NCBI GenBank assembly: GCA_964016885.1
Contig: OZ024748.1
Location: 7,316,001-7,380,000, forward strand
Direction of reading: 5' to 3'
DNA length: 64,000 nucleotides
DNA from: Eledone cirrhosa
Lineage: Eukaryota
Shown: positions 29,255-45,654 of the stretch, piece by piece
Layout of the letters: each line of letters starts with the position of its first letter
Numbering within the stretch: the first letter of the stretch is position 1
The notes under the pieces: generated by a model
Told to the model about the DNA's origin: nothing
Databases searched by the model: none
The model's input: the letters and a program-made list of their open reading frames with translations, nothing else
Position numbers and translations under genes: made by a program

Positions 29255-30510
29255 ATAACTTGCCTATATATATATAAATATATATATATATATCAATATA
29301 TATATAAATATATTATATGTATATGTGTGTGTGTGTGTGTGTGGGGGGGGGGGGTGTGCCTAGAGAGAGAGAGAGAGAGAGAGAGATGTATGTATGTATG
29401 TATATATATATATATGTATATATTCAGATGATGTACTGCGATATTTAAACCTCTTTGATACCAACCGCCGATACTTCTGTATTACAAATTCTATAAGTAT
29501 AGAGTTCATATTTAAATTCAAATTTTCCATCTTACCTTTAAGTGAAAAACTTTTGTTAAAATATGATATTTTAAACCACCCATATCCGGCCACAATTCTC
29601 ACACCTTTTTCTGTTCAAACCAGCTGTAACCGGTCGCTCATACTGACGCTAAGGTATTGTTCTCAAAATAAATATCAAAATCTCATAGATTCGATATTAT
29701 GTGAGATATTATGTAAGATAAAGCTTTTACCGTGAAAATACAATAGTAAATATTAAATATAGAGTAATGTAAATGCTAAAGGGTTAAGCTTCTGTTTACA
29801 TTAAGGGTTAGATTCGCCTAAATTAGGGGAAATAAATAGAAAGCTAATTGATCGTCAATATAATTGTTTATCATTGCGGTAACATTTTAAAAAGGTTTCT
29901 TGTGATTGACCAACAGACAAACAGACAGACACGATTGTTCTATAAAGTTAAGCAGTTTGGTTCGGTTCCCAGATCTTAATTGATGGAAAAGTATCGGAAA
30001 CAGATTTAAATGAACCTTACAATTTTATACAGCAACAATAACAACTACAACAAAAACCAAAAAATTAGTGTCAAGTCTTATTGTTGTTGCTATTAGTTTT
30101 ATTGCTTTTATTTATTTTTTGTTGTTGTTGATTTTATGATTTTATTTATTTGTTTATTTGTTTGTTTTATGAGTTTGTTGTATTTATATTTTGGATTGTT
30201 TTTTCAATTGTTGTGTCAACGAAAAAATTAAGATATGACATGTTTAGGGTATCTTAGATCTTTCGTCTCTCCCTCATTTTGCTTCTTTTCTTCATTGTCT
30301 TCTTCATCATCTTCATCTCCTCGTCCTCCTCCTCCTTATTGTTAATGTTATTGTTGTTGTTGTTATTGTCGTGTCGTGTTCATCTATTAAACTTATGAGA
30401 AAATAGTCAATTTCCTTGGTTTGCGAGATAGATTAGACAGGAAAGATGGAATTGGTAATAATGGCGGTCCAAGAATCTATTGAAGTGGCTGAGAGAATCA
30501 GATATGGCAG

Positions 30511-30652
<142 letters not shown>

Positions 30653-31451
30653 GTATTTTTATATGTACATACATATAAAAATATATATATACATACATGC
30701 ATATGTATGTGTGAGTGTGAATGCTTCTGTTTATAAATGTGTGCGTGTGTGTGTGTGTGTGAGTGAATGCTTCTGTTTATAAATGCGTGCGTGCGTGCGT
30801 GCGTGTGTGTGTGTGTGTGTGTTGAATAACGTTTGTCATCGATGTTTCTTAGCCGAACTTTACGTCCGTCAGTCGAACCCATCAAATCCGTCACTCGCAT
30901 TCGTGTAAGACTTGGTATTATGTACCATACTATTGCTCAGAGGTTTAGGTACCCACACAGGCACCCTCTCAAGCCTCCCTCCCCATTTCAAACAACAATA
31001 ACAACAACAACAATAATCATATCAACATCAACGATATCAACCGCAACATCAACAACATCAACACTATCAGCAACAACATTAACCAACATGGCGTCAACGT
31101 TAGCTATTATGGCGACAAAACAAACAGAAATAAGCTGATGTCTTTATGGTGAAGACATTTCTAAAATTATGAAGATTATACAATGTCAACGGCATTCCTT
31201 ACTGACATTTCATGTGCTGTTATCTGGCTTATGTGGAATGAAGGATCTGGAATTGGTGAGGAAGCAGGTTCGCTTCTTCCTTTGTGTGTTAGCTAGAAGG
31301 GAGCTAGGGACGATGTGAACACAACAATGCATTGACAAGTAACTGACATGGAGGTACGAATGCCGAATATGAAATCCAGCTGAGAGCTAAATAAAAAACC
31401 GCAGACATAATTAATAATAATAATAATAATAATAACGAGGAGTGGGAAGAC

Positions 31452-31633
31452 GAGAAGAAGAAGAAGAAGAAGAAGAAGAAGAAGAAGAAGAAGAAGAAGA
31501 AGAAGAAGAAGAAGAAGAAGAAGAAGAAGAAGAAGAAGAAGAAGAAGAAGAAGAAGAAGAAGAAGAAGAAGAAGAAGAAGAAGAAGAAGAAGAAGAAGAA
31601 GAAGAAGAAGAAGAAGAAGAAGAAGAAGAAGAA
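31452..31633. repeat. Pure (GAA)n tract of about 60 units
   Basis: Uninterrupted gaa repeat. Confidence 0.97.
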
Positions 31634-31873
31634 AAGGTGTAGATTTAGATAAATATTCTTTGTGCCCCCCCCCCTCCTAACCATATGGTATTATAGTAGT
31701 GGGTGGTAGGGGATGTCTGTGTGTCGGTAGGTATCTGGGTTACTATAGCAACCATCATGTATGACACACACTTATGTACTCTGGCAGGCCTTGAACAAAC
31801 TTTTCAAATGTTTCAGAGAAAATTCTGAAACTACACCCTCCTTTCATTATTGTTGTTGTTATAATTATTATTA

Positions 31874-32070
31874 GGGCAGTGGGTTGGCAGAATCGGTAGA
31901 GCGTCGGACACCATGTTTTGAGGCATATAGTTGCGTCCCTTTACGTTCTAATTTGAAATCCAGCTAAAGTTAGCTTTGTCATTCATCCTTACGGAGTTGA
32001 CAATATAAAGTACCAGTAATACACTGGAGTAGATTTAACCGACTCCCTCTTCCTTTCAAATTACTGGTCT
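31874..32070 (+). mobile_element. Older full-length Meta-like SINE copy
   Basis: ggcagtgggttggcagaatcggtagagcgtcggacaccatg..tttgaaatcc..ttcatccttacggagttgacaatataaagtaccagtaat. Confidence 0.8.
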
Positions 32071-33807
32071 TTTGATATGAATGACATATACATAAACATA
32101 TCAAACATTAAAAGAGGAGGTAATTTTCTCAGACCCAACGGTATAATGTGGATGTAAGTATAATGGTGATATTAGGGAGCAAAATACAATGATTTTATCA
32201 AATATATTTCTTCATATTTCAAAGTAAAGTCCTTCTTTATGATGAGACCCGTCCCAAAGTAACTACTATATTCAGACATCGTACATATATGATTAAATTG
32301 ATCAAATGTGCCCTTCATTTTTAAGAACAGTATTGTCGTTGATATAAGTAAGATCTGACTACTATTTCTAGCAAGTTGGGTGACTATGAAGAGGGTTTAT
32401 TGTTGGCTACAGTGTTGAGGGTTGAAACAGATTCTAACTGAAGTAATCAAAGTCAGATTAGAAAACAACTAACAATTACTGTTACATTTTAGCAGATTTC
32501 AGTAGATAGGTTCTTAAGAGCAAGTGAAACATTAACAGCGGGGGCCTGAAAGATATCGTATTTTATATTCTGTTACATGTTCCTTCCAAGTACTTATTTT
32601 ATAGCACAATTTATTACAGATATAATCATTCTTAGAAATAAACTCACGCTAAAGAACCACTGTAAAGGGAAAGAATCCAACAAGACTGTGTGTGTGGCCA
32701 TCTTGTATCCACGTGCTATATTATCAAGGTATGTGTGTGTCTGTGTTTAAGTACCATGAATACACAGAACTTTCAACTGAACTTTCAAGAATCCTACTAC
32801 CTCTACTCTATTACTGATGTGGTCTGGTTCAATCAACTTCAGTCGTTTTCAGTCATCTCCTCTGTGACACTGTTGTTACTACTACTGCTGCTAATGCCAC
32901 TACTGCTGCTGTTGCTGCTACTGTTGCTACACATACCAAATACCCTAGATAATATCCAGCTCATCTTCCAACATCAGAACTGTAAACGCCCTTTCTTTTT
33001 ACCGTTTAGTTGAGGAGGTGAAGAACAGAGCTTACAACTCCTTTTTTGTGCTGTGGGGTCTCCGGGAGTGTTGAGAGGAAGTAAATAAACTAATAAGTAA
33101 TTAAGGAAGAAGGGGGGGGTGAAGTATGTAAGGAAGGAAAGAAGAAAGGAAGGATAGTATGGAGGAAAGAAGGGAGGGAGTGGAAAGGATGGAAGGATGG
33201 AAGGAGGTTATCCTCAAACCGGAAACCTAACCGCTAAAGAGACCCCAAAATCAGGTGATGATTTGAAGTCCAGTGACAGATAAGGTCAATCTCACAAGAA
33301 CTTAGAAGACAAAGTCCAAGAATATTAGCAAAGATTCGGGTACTATCACTCCATAATGGTACAGCTGACGAGTATTTTTGACAAGCAACTAAGATTTCAA
33401 TTCTTCCGATGAGAGAATGGTTTACGATAGAATATGAAGAAAAAGTGATCGATTCTTGAGCTATGTATTGCTCTAGAGATTAGTGAGAAGTACCAGACAT
33501 GTGACGGGTGCTCGTGGTTTTGAAGGCTTGATATCTTAACTTAGTGGTCATATACTGTGATATATTGCTGCCGTTTATCTCGAGCCTCCTAAGATCAAAG
33601 ACAATCTAATCGTGAATATCACGTCATGTAGAGATACCCATGGCTACCTCTGTAGGGCCTTATGTGAGAGAAATACATATATTTCGCAAGTAGTACATCT
33701 AAAACCAAGGTCGACAACTTCAACATCAACAAAACATTGAAAGAAGAAATACCAAGTGGATCCCTGTGACAAATCTATTCTGAAGAGACATTGTGAGGTA
33801 CTGCCAA

Positions 33808-33960
33808 TCAGGTGAGTAGCATTAATTAAAGGTGAGGTGAACTTGATCCAGTCGGGTGAGTTGCATTAATTAAAGGTGAGATGAACATGAACCCAAGCAG
33901 GTGAGTAACATTAATTAAAGGTGAGGTGAATTTGATCCAGTCAGGTGAGAAGCATTAATT
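33808..33960. repeat. ~45-bp minisatellite, about 3.5 copies
   Basis: Unit caggtgagtagcattaattaaaggtgaggtgaacttgatccagt. Confidence 0.9.
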
Positions 33961-34342
33961 TATCCAAAACAAAAATCGAAACCGTTTCCTTCACACAAAT
34001 AAGCAAAATATTACTGTTTATGTATTTATGTGTCTGTACTTTTTTTAGGCGGTGTGGGGTGCTAATTCGGCCTAACTCTTTGCGAGGGAGGGTAAAGCTA
34101 AAATTAATTCTGTGTCGACAAACATATGCAGTATTTTAATTATAAGAGATGTCACGGTTGACATAATGTCTTCATAGTTAAAGTTAAATGATGCAAAAGG
34201 TTCTGAGTTAATCGGAAAGCCTTATTAGGAAACATCGTTTTAGGAGGAATATAACCATCCCATCACTTCCGTTCCCTTCTTAGGGGTTTGTTGTTTAATA
34301 GAATGTAATGTACGACCACCAATATAATGATTTCTTCTCGTA

Positions 34343-34712
34343 TTGATGTTGTTGTTATTGCTGGTGCTGTTATTGTTGTTGTTGTTGTTGCTGTTACTGT
34401 CGTTGTTATTGTTGGTGCTGTTATTGTTGTTGTTGTTATTGCTGGTGCTACTGTCATCGTTGTTGTTGTTGCTGTTATTGTTGTTGTTATTGCTGGTGCT
34501 ACTGTCGTCGTTGTTGTTGTTGCTGTTATTGTTGTCGTTGGTGTTGTTACTGTTACTGTTGTTGTTGTTGGTGCTGTTGTTACTGTTACTGTTGTTGTTG
34601 CTGCTGGTGTCGTTGTTGTTACTGGTAATGTTATTACTGTTGTCGTTGTCGTCGTTGCTATTGTTGTTGTTACTGCTGGTGTTATTGCTGGTGTTGTTGT
34701 TGTTGGTGTTAC
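34343..34712. repeat. (GTT/GCT/ACT)n compound trinucleotide repeat
   Basis: Gives poly-N/V/L pseudo-ORFs in several frames. Confidence 0.9.
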
Positions 34713-34884
34713 TTAACAAGCCAATATATGTCTTAAGGCTTCTCTTGGAGATTTACATATGAAGACAAGAGAAAGAAAGAAGAACCAATACTTCCGTTCG
34801 TTCCATTTCAAGAAATATCCAGGTTGTAAACAGGATGTTAATTATATATATGTCTGTGTGTATATATACACATGGACGCATTGT

Positions 34885-34977
<93 letters not shown>

Positions 34978-34984
34978 CAGGCTT

Positions 34985-35049
34985 ACCAAAACATGTATAT
35001 ACACTTTGATTAGAATGCTGTTGAAGTGTGTATACATTTTTGGGACACC

Positions 35050-35053
<4 letters not shown>
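34985..35053. mobile_element. Tc1/mariner-type MITE copy
   Basis: Reverse-complement match to 48331-48413, ending gggacaccctg-TA. Confidence 0.7.
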
Positions 35054-35126
<73 letters not shown>

Positions 35127-35535
35127 CACACACACATATATATATATGTGTATGTATGTAATATGTAAGTATATATGTATGTATATATGTATGTATATAC
35201 ATGGACGCGTGGAAGTGTTTATGTGAATGTGTGTTCGTATGTAAGAGTGTATGTGTATGCATGTGTGCGTACGTGTAAGTGTGTGGACATGCATGTATGT
35301 GTGTGCACGTGCATGTTTAATTGTGTATGTTGCGAGAAGAATTTGTTTTGTTTTTTTTTAAATACATAAACAAGCAATTGCATTTCAATCAGTTTCTGCT
35401 CCAACAACTTCCGGAAATCCATGGCTGACATTTGTAATGGAGGACTGGACACCAGGATACATGGACATGGTTCTTCCTGGCTTTACAACCGATTGATGGT
35501 GTACACTCACATAGCCACTGAATCGTATCTCACAG

Positions 35536-35613
<78 letters not shown>

Positions 35614-35619
35614 TGTGTC

Positions 35620-35748
35620 GCGTTCAATCGGGGGTAAGCACAGTTAGTAAAGTACTCAATACATTAGTAGAGTATAAACATCATGTTTAATATAGAAATG
35701 GCTTCTACAGGACTAGAACTGTTTCATTCAAAATAAATCATCAGGAAA
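35620..35748 (-). mobile_element. Family A element with decayed hammerhead motif
   Basis: Minus strand tttc-CTGATGA-tttattttgaat-GAAA-cagttctagtcctg-TA-gaag..atgtattgagtactttactaactgtgcttaccccgattgaacgcg. Confidence 0.75.
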
Positions 35749-36065
35749 ACATTATATATATATTTTTCTTCCTCATAATCGTCTCTTTCTCCCTGTTTTC
35801 ATATATATATATACTGTATATATACATATATATATATACAGACATATATATATATACATATACATATACACATATATATATATATACATATACATATACA
35901 CATATATATATATATACATATACATATACACATATATATATACATATATATACATATACATATATATACATATACATATATACATATACATACATATATA
36001 CATATATACACATATACACATATATACATACATATACATATATATATATATATTCTACTCATACA

Positions 36066-36308
36066 TGACCCCTAACGTAATTGTCAGGGAGATTCAGTAG
36101 GACATTGTGTTATGTCAGGCTACTTGAGTAACAGATGCAGTCTACCCGACAGGTTTCTCAATGTTATGGCTCCATCTTCCCGATCTCACTCAGAATCATA
36201 GATCCCCTCAATGGTAAGATCAATGACGCCTCTCTAAGATTCCAGGCCGTTGGAACGAACCTCGGACCTTGTGACTGTGAAGCGATCTCCTTAACCATCC
36301 AACCATAC
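36066..36308 (-). mobile_element. tRNA-derived SINE of a second family, degenerate
   Basis: Minus head tggttggatggttaaggagatcgcttcacagtcacaaggtccgaggttcgttcc (A/B boxes). 3' part resembles 46265-46400. Confidence 0.6.
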
Positions 36309-36567
36309 AACATACATGAATCATTACAACAGCATCTACAACAATACCAGCCTACCACTTTAAAAACAACAACAACAACTACAACAAAAGATATTACGTG
36401 CAATAGAAGATTATTACGAAAACCACTCGATAATTTGGTCTAGATATGGCGTCATATTTAAATTGTTTAGCGGATGTGATATACCGACTCTAAATAATTG
36501 ATGTTATCAACACTGTGTTGTATATCTTCGGCGAGGCGAGGCTTCCTACTTTAATGGAGCGGACGAA

Positions 36568-36697
36568 ACATAGTCTAATGAGTAAGGAGTTAGATTGGCA
36601 GTCATTACGTCTTGGGTTTGATCCTAGATCGTGGCATCTTGAGCAAGTGTCATTTACCGTGGCATCTTGAGCCTCTAGTTGACCCATGTCTTGTAAG
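36568..36697 (+). mobile_element. Degenerate tRNA-head SINE with CORE-like segment
   Basis: tagtctaatgagtaagg..gggtttgatcc..catcttgagcaagtgtc. Confidence 0.45.
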
Positions 36698-37007
36698 TTA
36701 AAAGGTGTAGTAATGTTTGTTGTTGGTTGTTTCATATATAAGTTTACACATAAAGGTGCATGGCAGAGTCGTTAGAACCGAGGACAGAATACCAAGCAGT
36801 ATTTGTTCCTGTTCTCTCTCTCTCTCTGAAGCAAATCGGCTGTGATCAGACCTAGATAGTTGATGGAGCACCACCAGATTTAGAATACCCACGACACGCC
36901 GTCTGTCATGACGGCGCTCCAACATCACAGACAGCAGTTACGTCGTAAATGATGTGCATATGCATGTGGTTATGTATATGTGTGTGCTTATGTGTGTATA
37001 TGCACGC

Positions 37008-37101
<94 letters not shown>

Positions 37102-37484
37102 TCATGACCTTGTGACCTGCTAGAAGTAGCAACGAAATGTCCCTCAAATTACACTGTCAGTAAATGACCCATCATGAAACTAAGATGTGTATAGTCACGG
37201 TTAGAAATAGTTTGATCCTAGGTTCAGCTCGATTATGGTTGACCCAGGGTTGAACAACAACAACAATAACAACAGCAATAACAACATAGGAGCTCAAGTG
37301 TAGAAAACTGATGAAGTGTGTGAGAGACATCGTACATGTTGGTCTATGTGTGTGAGAGAGAGAGTGTGCATGTGTGTGTATGTATGCGTGTGTGTGGTTC
37401 TATATGAGCTATTTAACCTATCTGGTGACCATACATGTGGATATAAATATACATATATACAAGCGTATAGTGCATAGAGTGCAT

Positions 37485-39757
<2,273 letters not shown>

Positions 39758-39861
39758 TTTCGTTTCTGAATTTGTTTAGCAAGATTCTTTATCTGAAATC
39801 GTGTGTTGAAACCGATATTGTTATACTTATTGGCAACATGACCCTCCCAAAGTATAACAAT
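39758..39861. mobile_element. Family C fragment with internal inversion
   Basis: 39758-39829 matches the reverse complement of 18416-18483, and 39828-39861 matches 18394-18427 in forward orientation. Confidence 0.65.
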
Positions 39862-40850
<989 letters not shown>

Positions 40851-41127
40851 TATGTATATATATATATGTATATATATATATAATTATGTATATATGGAGA
40901 TATGTATGTATATATATATATATATATATATATAAACATGTATGTATGTACGTATACATATACATACATGCATATACGCATATGTGTGTGTGTGTGTGCA
41001 ATACGTTTCTACGTGTGTGTTTTCTTAATTGTGTGGTCGCACGTGCCTGCGTGTGTGTGTGTGTGTCTCTGGGGGAAAGGTTGGAGCAGACAAAGGCGAA
41101 ATAATGACAACAATGATGATAATAACA

Positions 41128-41412
41128 ATACTACTACCACCACCACTACTACCACCACCACCACTGCTACCACTACCACCGCTACCATCACTACTACTAC
41201 TACCACCACCACTACCACTACCACCACTGCTACCACTACCACCGCTACCATCACTACTACTACTACCACCACCACCCCACCACTACTACCACTACCACTA
41301 CCACCACCACTACTACCACTGCTACCATCACTACTACCACTGCTACCATCACTACTACTACTACTACCATCACTACTACTACTACCACCACTCCCACCAC
41401 CACTACCACTAA
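41128..41412. repeat. (ACT/ACC)n trinucleotide repeat
   Basis: Gives poly-T/P/L/H pseudo-ORFs. Confidence 0.9.
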
Positions 41413-41970
41413 CAATAATAAAAAACAATAATAATAATGGAAATGGTTTCTTTATTAGACACAATTTCCTTAAGAGGGAGGAAGAAGATAACAAATAAGG
41501 ATTTTTTTTAAAAATACTAACAGTAACAACAACAACAACAACAGCATCAACACTGCCAACAATAGTAACGTCAACAACAACAATAGCAACAACAACAACA
41601 ACACAATTACGACAACAATAGCAACAACAAAAATACTAACAGCGGTAAAAACTGTAAAAACTCTTATTTGACGTAGAAGACTTTTCCTTGGTTTATTATG
41701 AGGAATCAATGGAGAAATGTTAGATAACGACTGAAATAGGGCTTAAATTGTTCGGAATGGCGGTGCCATTGTTTATTAAGTTCCTAAGGGAGAAAGTTCC
41801 TGGTATAAGAGAAGAGAATATATACTGACGACATTACTGGAAGAAAATGGTGGACGAGATAGAAGGTTCGAGAAGTTGAATGAAGATTGAAGAGAGTAAA
41901 ACGGTAATTCGTGTGTATATATATATATATGTGTGTGCGTGTGTGAGTGAATGTGTATGTAAATATATAT

Positions 41971-42045
<75 letters not shown>

Positions 42046-42057
42046 GTGAGTGAATGC

Positions 42058-42098
<41 letters not shown>

Positions 42099-42499
42099 GA
42101 TGTGTGTATATATATGTGTGTGTGTGAGTGTCCCTCACCAAAATAAAGAAAATGTATTATTGAGACTTTTGTCCTGGGACCGGAAACAGTTTAGTTGATG
42201 TATTTCCGATCATTTTAAACACTTGACATGGATCACAGACCTTTCACACAGAATGAATACGTATATAACAGGCATGCACACACATTATATATATACACAC
42301 ACACACACACATTATATATATACACACATATTATATATATATATATATATACATACACACACACACATTATATATATACACACATATTATATATATATAT
42401 ATATATATATACATACACACACACACATTATATATATATACACATATATATATATATATATATATACACACGCACACACACATTATATAAACATATTTT

Positions 42500-42600
42500 G
42501 AGTGTCCCGAAATAATGTATACATACTTTTATTACCTGTAGTACAGACAATATTTATTAGAATGCACAGCCTGTGTGTATACATTTTGGGGGGACACTCT
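42500..42600. mobile_element. Tc1/mariner-type MITE copy with TIRs
   Basis: gagtgtcccgaaataatgtataca ... tgtatacattttggggggacactc. Confidence 0.7.
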
Positions 42601-42637
42601 ATATATATATATATATATATATAATATTATATTATAT

Positions 42638-42680
<43 letters not shown>

Positions 42681-43399
42681 ATATTATATATATGGTTTCA
42701 TTTATTGGACAGTGGCCATACTAGGGGACAGACTTCCAGGCTTTTACTCAATCATATCGATCTCACTACTTATTTCAATCTAGGAGATATTTAATCGATC
42801 TCTAAATTACCTTTTGATGTAACTTGCCAAATATTGACTTATTTAAGCATACACACTCACCTACATATACATACATACATGTGTGTGTGTGTGTTTAAAT
42901 GTATATATGTGTGTGTGTGTGTGTGTGCGTGTGTGTGTTTATATGTATATATATATATATATATATGTGTGGGTGTGTGTGTGTGTGTGTGTGTGTGTTT
43001 ATATGTATGTATATATATATGTGTGTGTTTATATGTATATATATGTGTGTGGGTGTGTGTGTATTAAGTTGTTTGAGTAAATAGATAGACTTTATAGAAT
43101 ATAGTTGAATTCCTTCCGTGGTCTGAGTATTTTGCAGTGGTCACCTGAGTATTTCATCACCCTCGGATCAATATATAAAACCAAACACATGTATTCGAAA
43201 AGGTTCAATCGATTATACATACATATACATAAATAATATATACAGGTGCATATACATACAGACACCCACACATGCACAAATAAAGGCACACACATTATAA
43301 TGTTATAATGTTATAATACCTTTAATAATGGAAACAGTTAATATGTTTTATGTCATAAGTTAAAAGAGGAGACACTGTTCTTCTAAAAAGTAACTAACA

Positions 43400-43745
43400 T
43401 CTCTACCCCCGTGGTGCAAGCCTTGGCGAGGGGGGAGGCTTTTCTGGTGTGTGGGAACCCATGTGCCGCCTGTGGTCCCACCAGGCAGAATGCAGAAAAC
43501 ATTGCCCTGGAGGATGGCAAGAGAGAGTGAGAGGACTTGGAATAGCCATTCCGACTCGAGGTGATCCCTCCTGCAGATGGTCAAATTCTCCTTGATAATG
43601 GTAAGCAGGAACATCTTCCAGGGTCCCCAAAACCTAGAATATCTCCCCAGCTACAGGTTAGACCCCAAACCTATCGGAGAGCTACCGATACTTCGACAGT
43701 TGGTTCTCTTCAGCATGACGCAGTAGAGAAGCCTGGGTTCGTCGC
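43400..43745 (-). pseudogene. Decayed 3' fragment of a CRE-type RLE non-LTR retrotransposon
   Basis: Minus-strand translation through stops and one frameshift: AEENQLSKYR*LSDRFGV*PVAGEIF*VLG..MFLLTII..RRDHLESEWLFQVLSLSLAILQGNVFCIL, resembling the CRE C-terminal pattern AE..K..KY..L..P.A.E..G..WL.Q.LS.A..GN. Confidence 0.6.
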
Positions 43746-44177
43746 CAAATGCGAACTAATTTCAATTATCACCCAAGCCAAATAATATTGATGCTAAAAT
43801 ATTTTCAAAATGTTTAGTACTCTCCTAGGAATCTGACAACAAAGCCAGAATATCGATGTCAAATAATACATTGATACGAGTTTCGTTGTTTTGAATCATT
43901 TTGAAACAAGATATTCTTTCGTTCTACGCGTATTAGTGTAGGCCGTATTAGATGTGTGAAATATATAGCGTTGATGAATGGACGGGGGCGCACACGTTAT
44001 AGTTGCAACCGTATGTAGAAGGGGAGGAGAAAATATGTGTAATGAGAAATGTGACTATGTTAGATAGGTTAAAAGATGAATGGTCTAGTATAGTTTCGAT
44101 TGAAATAATATATAACAGTATTGTATAACAGTTGAACTCTGACAGGGAGAGACGGCGTGTGGTGCAGTGCGTTGCTG

Positions 44178-44316
44178 CTACTTTATTTTACCGCCCATGT
44201 AAGGATGAATGGCAAAGTTTACCTCGGTGGGATTTGAACTCCGACCGTAAAGGACCGTAACACTATGCCACAAAGCATGTTGTCCGACGCTCTACTTATA
44301 CTGCCAAGTCATCGCC
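44178..44316 (-). mobile_element. Meta-like SINE copy
   Basis: aaggatgaatggcaaagtttacctcggtgggatttgaactc..gtccgacgctctac..ctgcca. Confidence 0.8.
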
Positions 44317-44506
44317 CTAAACATTACATCTTCTGGTTCCCTAATTCCTGATAGAGTCGTAGGGGCGCCGTATTGACATACGGCGTTTCTTGGCCATTTT
44401 AAGGCTGACGGAGCCCACCCCCTCTCCAGGCCCGAGTACAGCAAATTTCTTCCAGAGAAAGATAGAAGGGGAGAGAAAGGAAATGAGAAAGAGATAAATA
44501 GGAAGA

Positions 44507-44663
44507 ATTGACCCCAGTACATGACTGGTACTTTTTTTATCGACCTCAAAAGGATAAAAGGGAGAGTTGACCTCGGCGGGATTTGAACTGAGATAACAGA
44601 TAGCTGGAACGAATACTATAAAGCATTCTACCCCACGTCCTAGCGACTGCCAATTTGCCGCCT
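44507..44663 (-). mobile_element. Meta-like SINE copy (diverged head)
   Basis: ctggtactttttttatcgacctc..gttgacctcggcgggatttgaactga..ctgccaatttgccgcct. Confidence 0.75.
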
Positions 44664-45036
44664 ACTCTTATAATAAATTTAATTATCCGCAAAATCAAAT
44701 ATCTCGGCTCAAGTTCGTACCATCCGCACGTCTATAGTGTTACATACATTGATATATTCATTAAGAAACCCGAATAATAGAGACTCTCACCACAGACCTA
44801 TTAGCAGAAAAACACAGAGTTTATTGCTGCTCCTTGTCTAAATATATATAATATCTACTACAGAATGACATGAAGTATATCTTGAACAAAGCAGTACTCC
44901 GGGTCGGTTTTCAAAATGTTCAAAATTCCATTAAGTTTAAATTAATTACTAGTACTGATGAGACATCAGTGGGAAGCTGATAACCTAAATACTGTTCGGA
45001 TAACTATCCTTTTCATTATTAAGCTGTTGTTTATTA

Positions 45037-45310
45037 AATCCCGCCGAGGTTGACTTTGCCTTTCATCCTTACGGGGTCGATAAAATAAAGTACCAGTAAC
45101 GCACTGGGTAATTGCTGGCCTTGTGCCTAAATTAGAAACAATTATTAAGCTGTTGTTTATTACGGCACTTTACATTCTCAGTTCAAATCCCGCCGAGGTT
45201 AGCTTTACCTTACGGGGTCGATACATAAAGCACCAGTAATGTACTGGTGTCGATTTAATCGACTTCCCTCTCTCTCCAAAATTGCTGACCTTGTACCTAA
45301 AGTAGAAGCA
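45037..45310 (+). mobile_element. Two tandem 5'-truncated Meta-like SINEs separated and flanked by a 22-bp direct repeat
   Basis: Copies at 45037-45140 and 45163-45310. attattaagctgttgtttatta at 45015-45036 and 45141-45162, degenerate at 45311-45328. Confidence 0.88.
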
Positions 45311-45526
45311 ATGATTTAGCTGTTGTTTGAAACATTACTTAAAAATGTCTTATATTAAAAGCTTCCATGATAATGTAAGTAAATGTGTATCAACACCAGG
45401 GTGAGATATCAATATGATAACCTAGATATTATTAGATATTAATATAGTACGTAAGATATGATAACTTCATGGAGTAAGAAGAAAATATAAGATGAAAGAA
45501 CCAGAAATGTAATTACATAAAAATAT

Positions 45527-45654
45527 GTTCTTTTTATATTTGTTATATTCTATTTATATTTGTTATATTCTTTTTATATTTGTTATATTCTTTTTATATT
45601 TGTTATATTCTTTTTATATTTGTTATATTGTTTTTATATTTGTTATATTCTTTC
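45527..45654. repeat. 20-bp tandem repeat, about 6 copies
   Basis: Unit tatatttgttatattctttt. Confidence 0.92.

Noticed and set aside
30853-30904. CpG-rich 52-nt segment between ttcttag and gtaaga as a host exon
   Set aside because: Splice-like signals only. No recognisable peptide and no partner exons, so it cannot be supported without RNA data.
31304-31684. Poly-E and poly-F ORFs, and likewise poly-N (34240), poly-T/P (40902) and poly-S (59799) ORFs
   Set aside because: Translations of trinucleotide microsatellites.
37105-37260. Recurring ctgctagaaatagcag-like word (also ~17535, ~32375, ~51640) as a defined element
   Set aside because: Probably an old dispersed repeat, but too degenerate to delimit or classify by eye.
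44953-44972. actgatgagacatcagt as a hammerhead core
   Set aside because: Simple short hairpin with no downstream GAAA/NUH arrangement.
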